Origin: Macrostomum lignano
Lineage: Eukaryota
Direction: 5' to 3'
Assembly: GCA_002269645.1 (NCBI GenBank)
Contig: NIVC01001578.1
Coordinates: forward strand, 1-26,073
DNA: 26,073 nt
The stretch's first letter is position 1; each line of letters starts with the position of its first letter. This document shows positions 12,559-22,993 of the stretch, one piece after another. The notes below the pieces were generated by a model. It was not told the origin of the DNA. It searched no databases and saw only the letters and a list, made by a program, of their open reading frames with translations. The translations under genes and the position numbers were made by a program.

Positions 12559-12590
12559 TCTATTGGCTAGCTCGGGCTCAAGCCAATAGA
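12559..12590. promoter_or_regulatory. Pair of inverted CCAAT (NF-Y-type) boxes upstream of the 7TM gene
   Basis: TCTATTGGCT (12559-12568) and AGCCAATAGA (12581-12590) are perfect reverse complements, about 135 bp before ATG 12724. Confidence 0.5.
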
Positions 12591-12723
12591 AGCCTCTAAT
12601 CTTTGAAGAAGCCCAAAACCGACAGCAATATGGCCGGAATGACGGGCTCCAAAATCAAAGACAACAGAAGGTGAACAATTCAGCTTCAATTGAAAGCGTC
12701 TGAGCGCGTCCGAAACTTCGAAA

Positions 12724-14019
12724 ATGCTGCAATTTCCGCTCTATTACAGACTCGTTAACTGCAGCGAGCAGCCTCTGCTTAGCGAAGCCAGCAGTAACTT
12801 GAGCAACTGCACCAGCATGGACTGCCCGGAGCTGCACACCCAGGCCTGGCTGTTCCTAGCCTTCAGCTGCTGCATAGTCTTCCTTGCAATTGCTGGCCGC
12901 TTTCTGGCTCTGCAAAACCGACGCGCCGACTCGGAGCTGGTTTGCGCTCTGCGGCGACTATTGGCTACGGAGGTGAGCATCGCCATCTGCTTGCTGGTTG
13001 ACAGCGGCGCCATGCTGGGCCTCCGCCTGTGCTCTGAGTACCCCCTGGTGCACATTGGTCTGCCGGGCAGCCTGGGGCTCGGCCTCAACCAGTGGCTAGC
13101 GTCCGTGCTCCTGTTCCAGCGCAACTGGCTGCTGGCTCTCGTTGCATTCCGCCGCTGCTGCCTGTTCCGCAGTCGTCTACCCGGCGGTCCGACGATGGAA
13201 GCTGGCTGGCGGCGCCGCTGCTGTTGCATCGTTCGGATCCGGCGGCGTCGACTGGACAATCGACTTTGTCGAGGTGAACTTAATGTTGAAAGAGTCGAAG
13301 TAGTTCTGCGACTGCGCGCGCCGGACGACGCAGGGGAAATTGAGCGCGGAAACTGCGAAACAGCTGGAAATTTGGAGGGAGTCCGCCATTACGAACGCAA
13401 CGAGCGCGATTTCGAAGAGGGACAGGTGGGCGAGTGCGACTGCGAATGCCGCTGCGGTAGCGAAGATGGCGCAGTTGGGAACAGATTCAGCTGGCGGCTG
13501 CTGCTAGCCGTCGGGTCCGCCAGCTGCGCCAGCCTGCAGTCCCTTGGCGTGGCCGGGGTGGCCTGTGCCGACTACAGCAGCTTGTGGCCGCCAAGTCAGC
13601 AGCCGGTGCTCGTCGAGCCCCTGCTGATCAGCGTCGGCGCCAGTCCGGGCCTGCATGCGGAGCTGAACGCCGCCGTGGTGATGCCGCTGCAGTCGGTGCT
13701 GCCGCTGACTGTCGGCGTGGTGGCCTCCGCGACGATGCTGGCGCAGCTGAGGCGGCGCTGGCGCTACCGACGCTCCTTCTGGGCACTGCTATCGATGAAC
13801 GTCGGCCAGGCGGCTCTGTGCTTGCCGGTCCTGCTGCTGCGCCTCATCGAGCTGGCCAACTACGAACGGATGAACCGCCTGTTCTGGGTGAGCAACTTGC
13901 TGAACTGCTGCCTGTCCTTGGGCTGCGTGCTGGCTTATTTCTATCAGTGCACCGAGTGCTGCGACCGAGGCGGCGGCGGCGGTGGCCGCGCAAGAAAAAG
14001 TCGATCTTGGCGCCGTTGA
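12724..14019 (+). CDS. Intronless divergent seven-transmembrane (rhodopsin-like GPCR-type) protein, 431 aa
   Basis: About seven hydrophobic segments in a 3+4 arrangement. Three N-X-S/T sequons (NCS, NLS, NCT) lie before TM1. TM3 ends NWLLALVAFRR at the DRY-equivalent position. CLP motif in TM6, LP in TM5, basic C-tail. GC-rich codon usage. Confidence 0.7.
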   Translation: MLQFPLYYRLVNCSEQPLLSEASSNLSNCTSMDCPELHTQAWLFLAFSCCIVFLAIAGRFLALQNRRADSELVCALRRLLATEVSIAICLLVDSGAMLGLRLCSEYPLVHIGLPGSLGLGLNQWLASVLLFQRNWLLALVAFRRCCLFRSRLPGGPTMEAGWRRRCCCIVRIRRRRLDNRLCRGELNVERVEVVLRLRAPDDAGEIERGNCETAGNLEGVRHYERNERDFEEGQVGECDCECRCGSEDGAVGNRFSWRLLLAVGSASCASLQSLGVAGVACADYSSLWPPSQQPVLVEPLLISVGASPGLHAELNAAVVMPLQSVLPLTVGVVASATMLAQLRRRWRYRRSFWALLSMNVGQAALCLPVLLLRLIELANYERMNRLFWVSNLLNCCLSLGCVLAYFYQCTECCDRGGGGGGRARKSRSWRR

Positions 14020-14454
14020 GTGTTTTTAAGGTGAACTTCGTAGAACTGAGACTTAATTAACTTTGTTTTTGCCCCTGACAGTCACGTACTACCTTCTTGA
14101 GATGAATTTTTTGTTTGTTTTTGTTTTCAAGTCAAACGAAAAAGCAGGACTAGAACATCGAATTGGAAGGTAATTGCTTTTTTTCTTTGGTTAATCAGGC
14201 AATTTGAATTGCTGAGTTTCAATATTTTCGTGGGCTTGATTAGTTGAAATAAATGGCTAGAAGTCCCCATTTTTCCCACTTGTTTCATTTATTTTGCCTG
14301 AACGGATGGTGGAAGTGACATCATGGGGAACGTCTTCATCTGAGACTGGGAACAACTTGTGTACCACGGGGCTACTGTGCCAGCTGGTGACGCACCGGGA
14401 CTCTCCTGTTTTTCCATCTCGGATTTCCATTTTTATTCCCCCAACCTTCCTGTG

Positions 14455-14822
14455 GGGTGCTTTCACAAGGTCGAAATTTCATAACATCGAAAACTTTAGC
14501 AAAGGACTTCATAAGGTCGAAATTTCACAACGTAGAAAACTCAAATAGCAGCCACTTTCACAAGGTCGAAACTTCACAATGTCGAAAATTTTATGTAACA
14601 AGAACCATACAGTAGTTTTCTACGTTGTGAAATTTCGACCTTGTGAAGTTTCGACCTTGTGAAAGTGGCTGCTATTTGAGTTTTCGATGTTATGAAATTT
14701 CGACCTTGTGAAATTTCGACATTATGAAGTCTCTTGCTTAAGTTTTCGATGTTGTGAAATTTCGACCTTGTGAAATAGTTTACTTTTCGACGTTGTGAAA
14801 TTTCGAGTTTGTGAAACCCCCC
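14455..14822. mobile_element. Foldback/Mutator-like MITE with modular inverted arms and a 10-bp TSD
   Basis: CCTTCCTGTG is duplicated at 14445-14454 and 14823-14832. Ends GGGTGCTTTCAC and GTGAAACCCCCC. Arms are built from a 16-bp unit TTCACAAGGTCGAAAT and variants, direct in the left arm and inverted in the right arm. Confidence 0.82.
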
Positions 14823-14877
14823 CCTTCCTGTGTCCCTCTTGGGGGACACAGCCCTGCAGCTGACCCAGGTATGTCAA

Positions 14878-16170
14878 GAGTATCGATTTAATGAAAGATT
14901 TAATCACAGACGAGGTGACTGCTTCACAGTTTGGTTCACGAGCCTCCAGGAACTGGAGAGCAGGTATAATGAAATGCTGCATGCAACACAAAGAATTCAT
15001 GCTGAGTGATAGAATCGTCACCCGACACCGCGACACAAGCGTTGTGGAGAAGCTTCAAGAGTAACGCAAAGAAGAAGAGCCGAGCCGCACTAATCCTTGG
15101 TGACAAAGCGTATTCAGGAAACCAAGGACTACGCTCGTAACGACCAACTCCACACTAAAGCAAATTACAATCCAATACAATGCGCAGACGGCCAACGCCG
15201 AACCAGAGCAATGCAACGGTTGCCTCCGTTGTATCATCTTCTCAAAAATTCGAAGCAAATACCAATAAGCAACAGTTGAAGTTAGCGAATCTTTGCTACC
15301 AGTCGATCCAGTCACAGAGCTAACCTACATGTACGGAAGAAACGTCGACCTTGTTGAGTTGACATCTTTCTCTACGAGTTTTGCGTTGTAAGACGGTTTT
15401 TTATTTGCTCGATGACGACATCTGGTTCCAAAGAAGTTCAGAAAGCAAACACTCTAGAAACATTTACGGATGCAACAATGATGCCAAAAGATGGTAGAGC
15501 AAAGAAACCGAGTAAGGCGGTGCGTCGAACTTTCGTGGAGAAATGTCTTGGTGAGATGGAGGACCTCATTTTAAGGCGAAGTGTTTTCAGGACATCCTGT
15601 CAAGTTGGAACTGTCGAGCAACGCACGTGCCACATCACCTTTAGAGATGGTAGAGCGCAAGAAATTAGGAAGCTGCTCTGAGGTTGCAGGAATTTCCATC
15701 TTTGGTATCTGGGAGAAACTTTGGCCTGTTGATTTACCTCGAAACCAGGGCTGGGCGAGTAATCTGTACTCGCGGTGCTGTGTACTCGGTCACCCCTGGG
15801 TTAGGCTGCTCAGTACTCGATACTCGGAAGTGACTCAACTCTTGCTCAAAACCCGAGATACAATGAGGTGGAAAATCTTTAGCCCAGTCAGTCAGAGAAA
15901 TTTGGGATGAAAATCTATACGAGAACGTTTGCACCAGAGGGGCAGAAGCAGGCGAGTATTTCAAGGCAAAGAAAAAGCAACGAAGTATTGCGTACATAAC
16001 AAAATTGCGCACTCGCTGCCTCAAATTAAGGTTCAGGGCAATTGGTTGTAGTGCAAGACTCTCCGGGCGGAAAGGTGGGACAAATATGGCGTAGTGCGCC
16101 GGGGCCGGAGAGAAACAGGAAATTTATTCAGAAAAGAACTCCCGTTGAGCGGAACCAGGGCAAGGACCAC
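14878..16170 (+). mobile_element. Degenerate, internally deleted Ty3/Gypsy-like retrotransposon relic
   Basis: Hand translation gives gag-like EYRFNERFNHRRGDCFTVWFTSLQEL and EFMLSDRIVTRHRDTSVVEKL, a pol-start-like FSGHPVKLELSSNA, and integrase C-terminal-like SEVTQLLLKTR..AHSLP..WDKYGVV, broken by stops and frameshifts. No LTRs were identified. Confidence 0.5.
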
Positions 16171-16225
16171 TAGAAGTTACCATTGAACCTTATGTTGCTA
16201 CATGTACATGTTGTTGCTGCAAAGC

Positions 16226-16905
16226 AAGTTTAGCTAGTGTAGCATAGCTGAATACACGTAAGTTTAGCTAGTGTAGCATAGCTGAATACACGTAAGTTAG
16301 CTAGTGTAGCATAGCTGAATACACGTAAGTTATAGCTAGTGTAGCATAGCTAAATACTCGTAAGTTAGCTAGTGTAGCATAGCTGAATACACGTAAGTTA
16401 TAGCTAGTGTAGCATAGCTAAATACTCGTAAGTTAGCTAGTGTAGCATAGCTGAATACACGTAAGTTATAGCTAGTGTAGCATAGCTAAATACTCGTAAG
16501 TTAGCTAGTGTAGCATAGCTGAATACACGTAAGTTATAGCTAGTGTAGCATAGCTGAATACACGTAAGTTTAGCTAGTGTAGCATAGCTGAATACACGTA
16601 AGTTCAGCTAGTGTAGCATAGCTGAATACACGTAAGTTCAGCTAGTGTAGCATAGCTGAATACACGTAAGTTCAGCTAGTGTAGCATAGCTAAATACTCG
16701 TAAGTTAGCTAGTGTAGCATAGCTGAATACACGTAAGTTTAGCTAGTGTAGCATAGCTGAATACACGTAAGTTTAGCTAGTGTAGCATAGCTGAATACAC
16801 GTAAGTTTAGCTAGTGTAGCATAGCTGAATACACGTAAGTTTAGCTAGTGTAGCATAGCTGAATACACGTAAGTTTAGCTAGTGTAGCATAGCTGAATAC
16901 TCGTA
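16226..16905. repeat. 33-35-bp quasi-palindromic minisatellite, about 20 copies
   Basis: Consensus GTAAGTTTAGCTAGTGTAGCATAGCTGAATACAC; head-to-tail with no spacers. Confidence 0.96.
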
Positions 16906-18280
16906 AAGCGAGCCTTCAAATAACTGCAATATTTAGCTGAATCGTACAATTGCTATCCTGATTGATACAACCGTAACTTCTACTAGTGGTCCTTGCACCA
17001 GGGTTGCACAAGAAGACTTAATTTAACCGAATGGTCTGGACACCAGACCGTTTTGAGTTTGACCCCCGGAAGAAGAATAACTTACTTAAGAGTTTTAATT
17101 AACTTAAAATGCAAGCAGCCTAAATGTCCCGGGGGGGCTTTCTGTTTGGGAGGTAGATTAGTAGCATTGATTTTCTTTCCAATTCCACTGCGTGATTTAA
17201 TGTACGTACGTGTTTATTATTCAATTTTCTATGTACGCTGATTTAGCTCAGGCCCATCTCTCCCACCCCCCTCCACACTGGCTGATTCTGACTGACTGCA
17301 ATAAATATATATATAATTGAGAAGGCTTATTAGCCCTGTGTACGGTCTACGGTTTACGTTTTGATATCGTCTCGATTGAGCCTCAGCTCCAAATAGTTTT
17401 TGGCGGACCATCGGTCTTTTCATTTCTACAGTACAATTTTTGGTAGCAGAGCGTAGTTGGACAAGCCTAACTTACCACTGACGTGGCAAGCAATAGAACC
17501 CTACTGTGAAACGAAGGACCAGGATGGACAGTGACGACGCCAATGAGCAGCAGCAGCAGGAAGCCCAAGACGATGCCGGCGCCCTACGTTTAGAGAAGCT
17601 GCGCTTCGAGAAATCCAGAAAATCAATGCTACTAATCTACCTCCCAAACACTTTCGATGTGATCAAAGCTAACAAAACGGCTAACAAAAGATTACATATT
17701 ATAACTACTTCATCACTCGCGCAATGGAAAATTAGCCATAAAACTCGATGCGATTGCTGTGCAACAGACTTCAGTATATATAAAGTATCTTAGCTGAGTG
17801 TGATGCACTCCTGCAGGCAACAGATCAAAGCCAGAGCAGACGGAACTCAGTAGAAAGAGAGAGAGGGGGGCTCAGTAGATCTGATTAAAAGCCGTCCGCA
17901 AGCCGCGCATTGAAATGCAGAAGTTGTCGGATTTCTTAATCCCCATCTGCACCAAAGAGACTCTCCTCAGAGCTTGGGCTGCGCCGCCACCCGCCAATTT
18001 GATGAAGATAATAAGTTTCGGTAGTCGAGCCGCGGGGAATTTATAATAGCTATAGTGGTCAGATAAGAGAAATACGAAAAATGAATACAAATACCTTAGC
18101 ATGGTCATGGCAATTCTGCCCATTCCTCTGACTCCTGAGCACAATACTGTACTTTCTATGGGTCTGCTTCTCTACAGTTCAAAAATAGCCTTTATCAAAG
18201 CCTTCAGTAATAAGTATTTAAAATTTTAACTCTGGTAACTCTCCGCTACCAGAAAAGCTTTCAATTTGATGATCTGATGA

Positions 18281-18559
18281 TCATGCAGAGTATCATCCTG
18301 CATATGTGAAACTGCTAGACACCTGTAGGTGAGAAGTGGAGAACATAGGCAAAAGATGTTGGCTGTGCACGACCACCTCGTGATATGCAAAGAATTCTGT
18401 GACAGCCAAATCGATAAGAAGTTTTCTACTATCCACAATTGCTCAAATGAGTACAGTTTAAATGTGTTTGAGGCCCTGTACATAAAATCCCGAAAGCCTG
18501 TTATAAATAAGCAACTTCCCAATCATTGGGCTAGTACGTACCCTCTCTCTCTCTCATAA
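18281..18559 (+). mobile_element. Penelope-like element relic: GIY-YIG endonuclease C-terminal region (pseudogenised)
   Basis: One frame reads SCRVSSCICETARHL*VRSGEH..VHDHL..C..KFS..LNVFEALYIKSRKPVINKQL, matching the PLE GIY-YIG pattern (IGETxRxLxxRxxEH ... EALxI...P.LNKQ), with one in-frame TAG at 18326. Confidence 0.8.
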
Positions 18560-18700
18560 GCTCCTCTCTCTCCTCTCTCTCTCCCTCTCCCCCTCTCTCT
18601 CCCTCTCCCTCCCTCTCCCTCTCTCTCTCTTTACCTCTCTCCCTCCCTCACTCTCTACCCCTCTCTCTCCCCTCTCCCTTTCTCTCTATCTATATCTATA
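18541..18700. repeat. CT-rich microsatellite / low-complexity tract
   Basis: Imperfect (CT)n and (CCCT)n runs. Confidence 0.9.
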
Positions 18701-18739
18701 TAAAAATAATACATCAATCATAATCGTTTCTAATTCCTT

Positions 18740-18853
18740 ATGAGCCTGACGATACCTGACGCGAGGTGAAACCATGGACCACTGTAGTAGGCTTCAGTAG
18801 TAGTCGTCTACTACAGCTACAGTGGTCCTTGGGCGAAGCATGTCGCTAATCAT
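18740..18853 (+). ncRNA. Candidate type I hammerhead ribozyme at the 3' end of the Penelope-like relic
   Basis: CTGACGA (18746-52) + T, stem II ACCT/AGGT, GAAA (18768-71), GTC triplet (18842-44), stem I AGC/GCT plus ATGA/TCAT. Stem III pairs AC(c)ATG with CATGT and encloses a long hairpin. PLEs are known to carry hammerheads in their terminal repeats. Confidence 0.6.
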
Positions 18854-20934
18854 TCGAGAATGCTCGTTCTTAGCTCTTTTTTCTACCCTTTGCAAAACGC
18901 GCAACTTTGCCAGGATAAACAGAAAACTCTTTTGATCCTAGGCCAATTAGGTGAATAATGTGATCTCAGCTGCTTGTAAAATGATTGTCAAACACTATCA
19001 GATCTACTTCAGTGATTTGCAATGCGAATGTAAAGCAAGGGCAGTGCGGGCAAGCAAGAAAAAGCTAAAATATATGGCGCGAGTCAAAGCCAACCGTATT
19101 CACTGACTGCGTGCAGGCAAGGGCGCCGCTATTCTCAAATGATTTTAAAAGCAGTCGAGCCGGTATTTAGGGGATTATGCAAAAGGGTAAGAGGCAAAGC
19201 TGCCGTCTGCTTGAGGGATTTGTGTGTCTCTTAATTAGCGGGAATCGGGCCATCCCCACGGCCCTAAATCCTATAATCCCACTCTCGTTGCGTTTCGAAT
19301 TGTACAGTTAAAAGAGCTCCAACCACACATTTCGCTAACAAGAACCACTACACCTTTTCACGTTCAAAGACCGAAAGGTTTGGTCTTTGCCCCCGTAGGG
19401 TTTAGCCATAGACAAAAAAGCCTATGTTACTCTAGCCGCGAGTTTAGCCCACGCGTTAACGCACTCGTGCCATAGACTATTTACCCACTCTGAACCAAGT
19501 GATATATTAATTGAAGCCTTCTCACTGCTTTTAGCCATAGACATAGATGGATTGGAATTAACCGCACGGCTAGGAGGGGAAAGACAGCTTGACATGGGTT
19601 CTCATGCAGGAAGCTTGAGTTTTACCATAGACTAAGACCATAAGAGATTATAAAAGGTTGCGTTTGGCCAGACAGACAGACGAGACGAGAAAGACAGGAG
19701 CCGAAAATGTCTCGAACCACTGGACTTATTGACCTCTCTAAATTTCCAAACGGAATGATTTCGGGTCTTACGGCACGGAGATAGAACAGGCTTTGGACTG
19801 GCATGGAGTGACGGCGCTGGTTGATGAGCAACTGGGTGTCTCTGGCGATTTTGACGAAGATCTCGACGAGGCAAGCAAGATCGACTCTTCGAATTGTTAC
19901 CGGAGACTGACGGACCTGGCCAGGAAGAAGTTGCACTGACGAAATCGGACCAAGGATTTGCAGAAGCTCGAGAAGACAACCTGTGTTGAAGGAATCAAAG
20001 CGACAAGAAGTTCTCTACTTGGGCCTCTTTCGAACGATAATGTCTGCATATCCGGCCATGATCTGACCTGAACAACCTGACAAAAGTTGCTTCAATAGAT
20101 GGTGCATCTGAGAAGGCTATGGCAATGTCAATGCACCAAAAGCTCGATTTGATTAACCTACTGAAACTATTTAATGTATCGTCATTGAAGACGACTGAGA
20201 ATCTATTTGAGGACTAGAAAAAGCGTATCACAGAAACAAAGAGGAAAGAGATTATTGACAGTAATGTAGATGTACAATTGCACTTTAAATTTTAAGCTGC
20301 TGATTTTTCAGTCACCCAAACGAACCAATGCGTCCGTCAATAAAATCCTGATCGGATTTCGGACGTCACTTCAGTCAGGCACGTCAACGCTGGCAGAGAC
20401 GGCTAAAGCGAAGTGAAAATTTAATTTGTTATAAGCTGTACAAGAAGCTTTGACCGAAATTTCAGCTCATGTGAAAATTGCTGGTCGTTCACAGTGCGCA
20501 GTCCAGACATTTTTTCTAAAGCCCTCATACTTGGCTGCATTAAAAGCACCCGAAGAAGCCTTTACAGTGCGTTGGCTGAATGAAATCCCATGAGACAGTG
20601 CTCTGAAATAAGCCAGAGATGTCGAACTTCTACTGTTACCACCCAACACATGTTTGGTTGCCATCCACTTCATTGAAGCTGTATTTAGACTCAACGTCAT
20701 TGCATCTGGACATCATGAGTGCTTTTAGGCAAAAAATTCATATCACTATCGAAATTCAACCGTTAATATTAAAATCGTTTTATTGGTACTGCCAGGTGTT
20801 ATTAATAAGAACATGATTGTGAAGCATATTATTGTTACAATATCACTAACCATATAATCATTAGTATTACTGCTTTCAATGACTTGGTAAAATATATAAT
20901 ATTAGTATTCGAGTCTTCTCAAGTCTTTCGACTG

Positions 20935-21038
20935 GTTACGTCTTATGAAAATTATGTCTTGTGAAGATATTGGCGTTGGAAAGATGGGTGCATGGAACTT
21001 TTTTGGCTTTGTGAAATTTAGGTCTTGTGAAAGCAACC
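20935..21038. mobile_element. Degenerate fragment resembling one arm of the 14455-14822 MITE
   Basis: TTTGTGAAATTTAGGTCTTGTGAAAGCAACC (21008-21038) resembles the reverse complement of that element's left end (TTATGAAATTTCGACCTTGTGAAAGCACCC). Confidence 0.45.
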
Positions 21039-21223
21039 GAATGTGTAGCGTTTTATACTACTTAACTGATAGTAGCTTGCACGCCAATTCGCTAACAGGT
21101 GAATGAAATAGGATAACATTTCAAATATCAAAACGGGGATCTAAAAAATATTTTTGCATTCGGAACGCCTTTCCCTTCGCAAGTCAAGGCAACTGGGGTC
21201 CAGCTTCACTGCCTGTCCCACTG

Positions 21224-21982
21224 TCAGAACACTGACTGGCACTCGCAGATGTACCGCAGACTCCAGCTGCAACTCGTGTCGTCGATGCCTCCTGCGCGGT
21301 AGCCGCGATAAAGGCTGGTGCAGTGCCGGGCTGAGCCGCCGTTGGGCTCCGCTTCATGCCACACCGAGGACACGAGAGGCTGACTGCAGGCAGCCCAAAC
21401 CCAGCTGGAAAGCGAGTTCGAATATCCGTAACCACCGATGAAGTACGAGAATGAGCTGTCTGTGAGCTGCTGTTTCAGAGAAACCAGGTACTCGGCTTCT
21501 TCGAGGTCGATTGCGTCTGCGAACTTCGACAGTCCGGGATCTGCTCGGCATCTCGTCTGAGCGAAACCCCAGCTGACTGACTCATTCGTGACCAGCTTGT
21601 ACGAGGTGCCGTGTCTCGTGTGCTCGTATCCGGACGGACACAGGCGACCCGGAGGTACGCCGGGCAGAGACCTCACATACACAGTCACCTGGTGAGTGCA
21701 GCTCGGCACAGACTGCACACGGTGACTGCACGCATCGAACAGGAACAGCTTGCACTGACAGGCTCCAGCTGTCAGCACTGAGAAGGCCTGACACTTGTCC
21801 TTCCTAGCGCAGGCGAGGCTGCATTCGAGCGGAGTGCACAGACCGGACACGATGCTGGTGAAGTCGGAGCTCACGCAGTCCAGTCCGGTGGTTCGGTGGA
21901 ATTTCAGCCTGGCGGAGCTGCAGGACTCGGACAGCACCGCAGAGACCAGAGCAGCGACCTGAAGCAGTTGGGGCAGAAGCAT
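21224..21982 (-). CDS. Secreted PAN/apple-like + C-type lectin domain protein, 252 aa, intronless
   Basis: Signal-peptide-like N-terminus. C..C..C.AF..C pattern of PAN/apple modules. CTLD motifs CPSGY, SWGFAQTRC, YFIGG, WVW, WHEAEPNG..C, IDDTSC..RYICE. Confidence 0.85.
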   Translation of the reverse strand: MLLPQLLQVAALVSAVLSESCSSARLKFHRTTGLDCVSSDFTSIVSGLCTPLECSLACARKDKCQAFSVLTAGACQCKLFLFDACSHRVQSVPSCTHQVTVYVRSLPGVPPGRLCPSGYEHTRHGTSYKLVTNESVSWGFAQTRCRADPGLSKFADAIDLEEAEYLVSLKQQLTDSSFSYFIGGYGYSNSLSSWVWAACSQPLVSSVWHEAEPNGGSARHCTSLYRGYRAGGIDDTSCSWSLRYICECQSVF

Positions 21983-22627
21983 CTTGTGAGACAGTCAGTA
22001 TCTGAGGACAGCTTGAAAAGCAGAGAAGAATATTTCCAGTCCAAAGGATTTGCCTACGGCTCGGAGCTGACACGATTGTGGGAAATGTGAGCGAATATAT
22101 AGACAGTGGACTCGGCAAACATCGGGTAGACTACGAGTAGACTGCTAGTTTAAGAAGGCACAGAGGCAGGCACTTTTTATGTTTGCAAATTCACACCTGC
22201 GAGTTGACACAGAATATTATCAAATTGCATGGGATATTGGAACGTTTGCATAGCTAAAAGCAATTCCCAACGAGACGACCCAGAAAGCCCAGAAAAAAGT
22301 GAGGGAACCAGTGCCTTTTCGGGTTTTTTATAATGCTTGCCTTTAGTTCTGACCATGTGACTAAACGATGTAGTAGCCTAAGGAATTTTGCAGACTACGG
22401 AAAAAGTGCTATAGAGTGCTGCTTTTAGTGATTCGGCAGAATCCAAGCTTCAGACGAGTTATGTATGCCAGAAACCTAAAAAAGGGAAAAAACTTCTCAA
22501 GCAGCACATAAAACCGAGTGCAAATTAATGCCTCAGCTAATGACATCTGCTTAGTGTAGCCTCCATCTATTCTGATCCTTCTGTTCTTCTAAACTTCTAA
22601 ATGAGTCTTTCTTTGTGCCCCAGAATC

Positions 22628-22993
22628 TGTCTTAGTGTCTGTCATAGTGTGTGTCTTAGTTTTTGTTTTAGTGTCTGTCATAGTTTGTGTCTTAGTTTTT
22701 GTCTGTGTCTCTTAGTTTTTGTCTTAGTGTCTGTCTCAGTGTCTGTCTCAGTGTCTGTCTCAGTTTCTGTCTAAGTGTCTGTCTCTGTGTCTGTCTAAGT
22801 GTCTGTCTAAGTGTCTGTCTCAGTGTCTGTCTCAGTGTCTGTCTCAGTGTCTGTCTCAGTGTCTGTCTCAGTGTCTGTCTCAGTGTCTGTCTCAGTGTCT
22901 GTCTCAGTGTCTGTCTCAGTGTCTGTCTCAGTGTCTGTCTTAGTTTTTGTCTTAGTGTCTGTCTCAGTGTCTGTCTCGGTGTCTGTCTTAGTG
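22628..22993. repeat. 12-bp tandem repeat (AGTGTCTGTCTC)n, about 30 copies
   Basis: Perfect core at about 22822-22938 with degenerate flanks. Confidence 0.96.

Noticed and set aside
4524-14060. Many antisense or alternate-frame ORFs overlapping the ZCWPW1-like, IDH3G-like and 7TM genes
   Set aside because: Shadow ORFs expected in GC-rich coding DNA; no motifs recognised.
16226-16905. CRISPR-like array (34-bp palindromic repeats)
   Set aside because: Units are contiguous with no unique spacers, there are no cas genes, and the context is eukaryotic.
17030-17052. Hairpin as a Helitron 3' end
   Set aside because: No CTRR terminus at the expected distance on either strand.
18274-18312. Second hammerhead-like motif CTGATGA...GAAAC
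   Set aside because: Stem II does not close next to the core, no suitable stem III/UH triplet follows, and it lies within GIY-YIG coding remnants.
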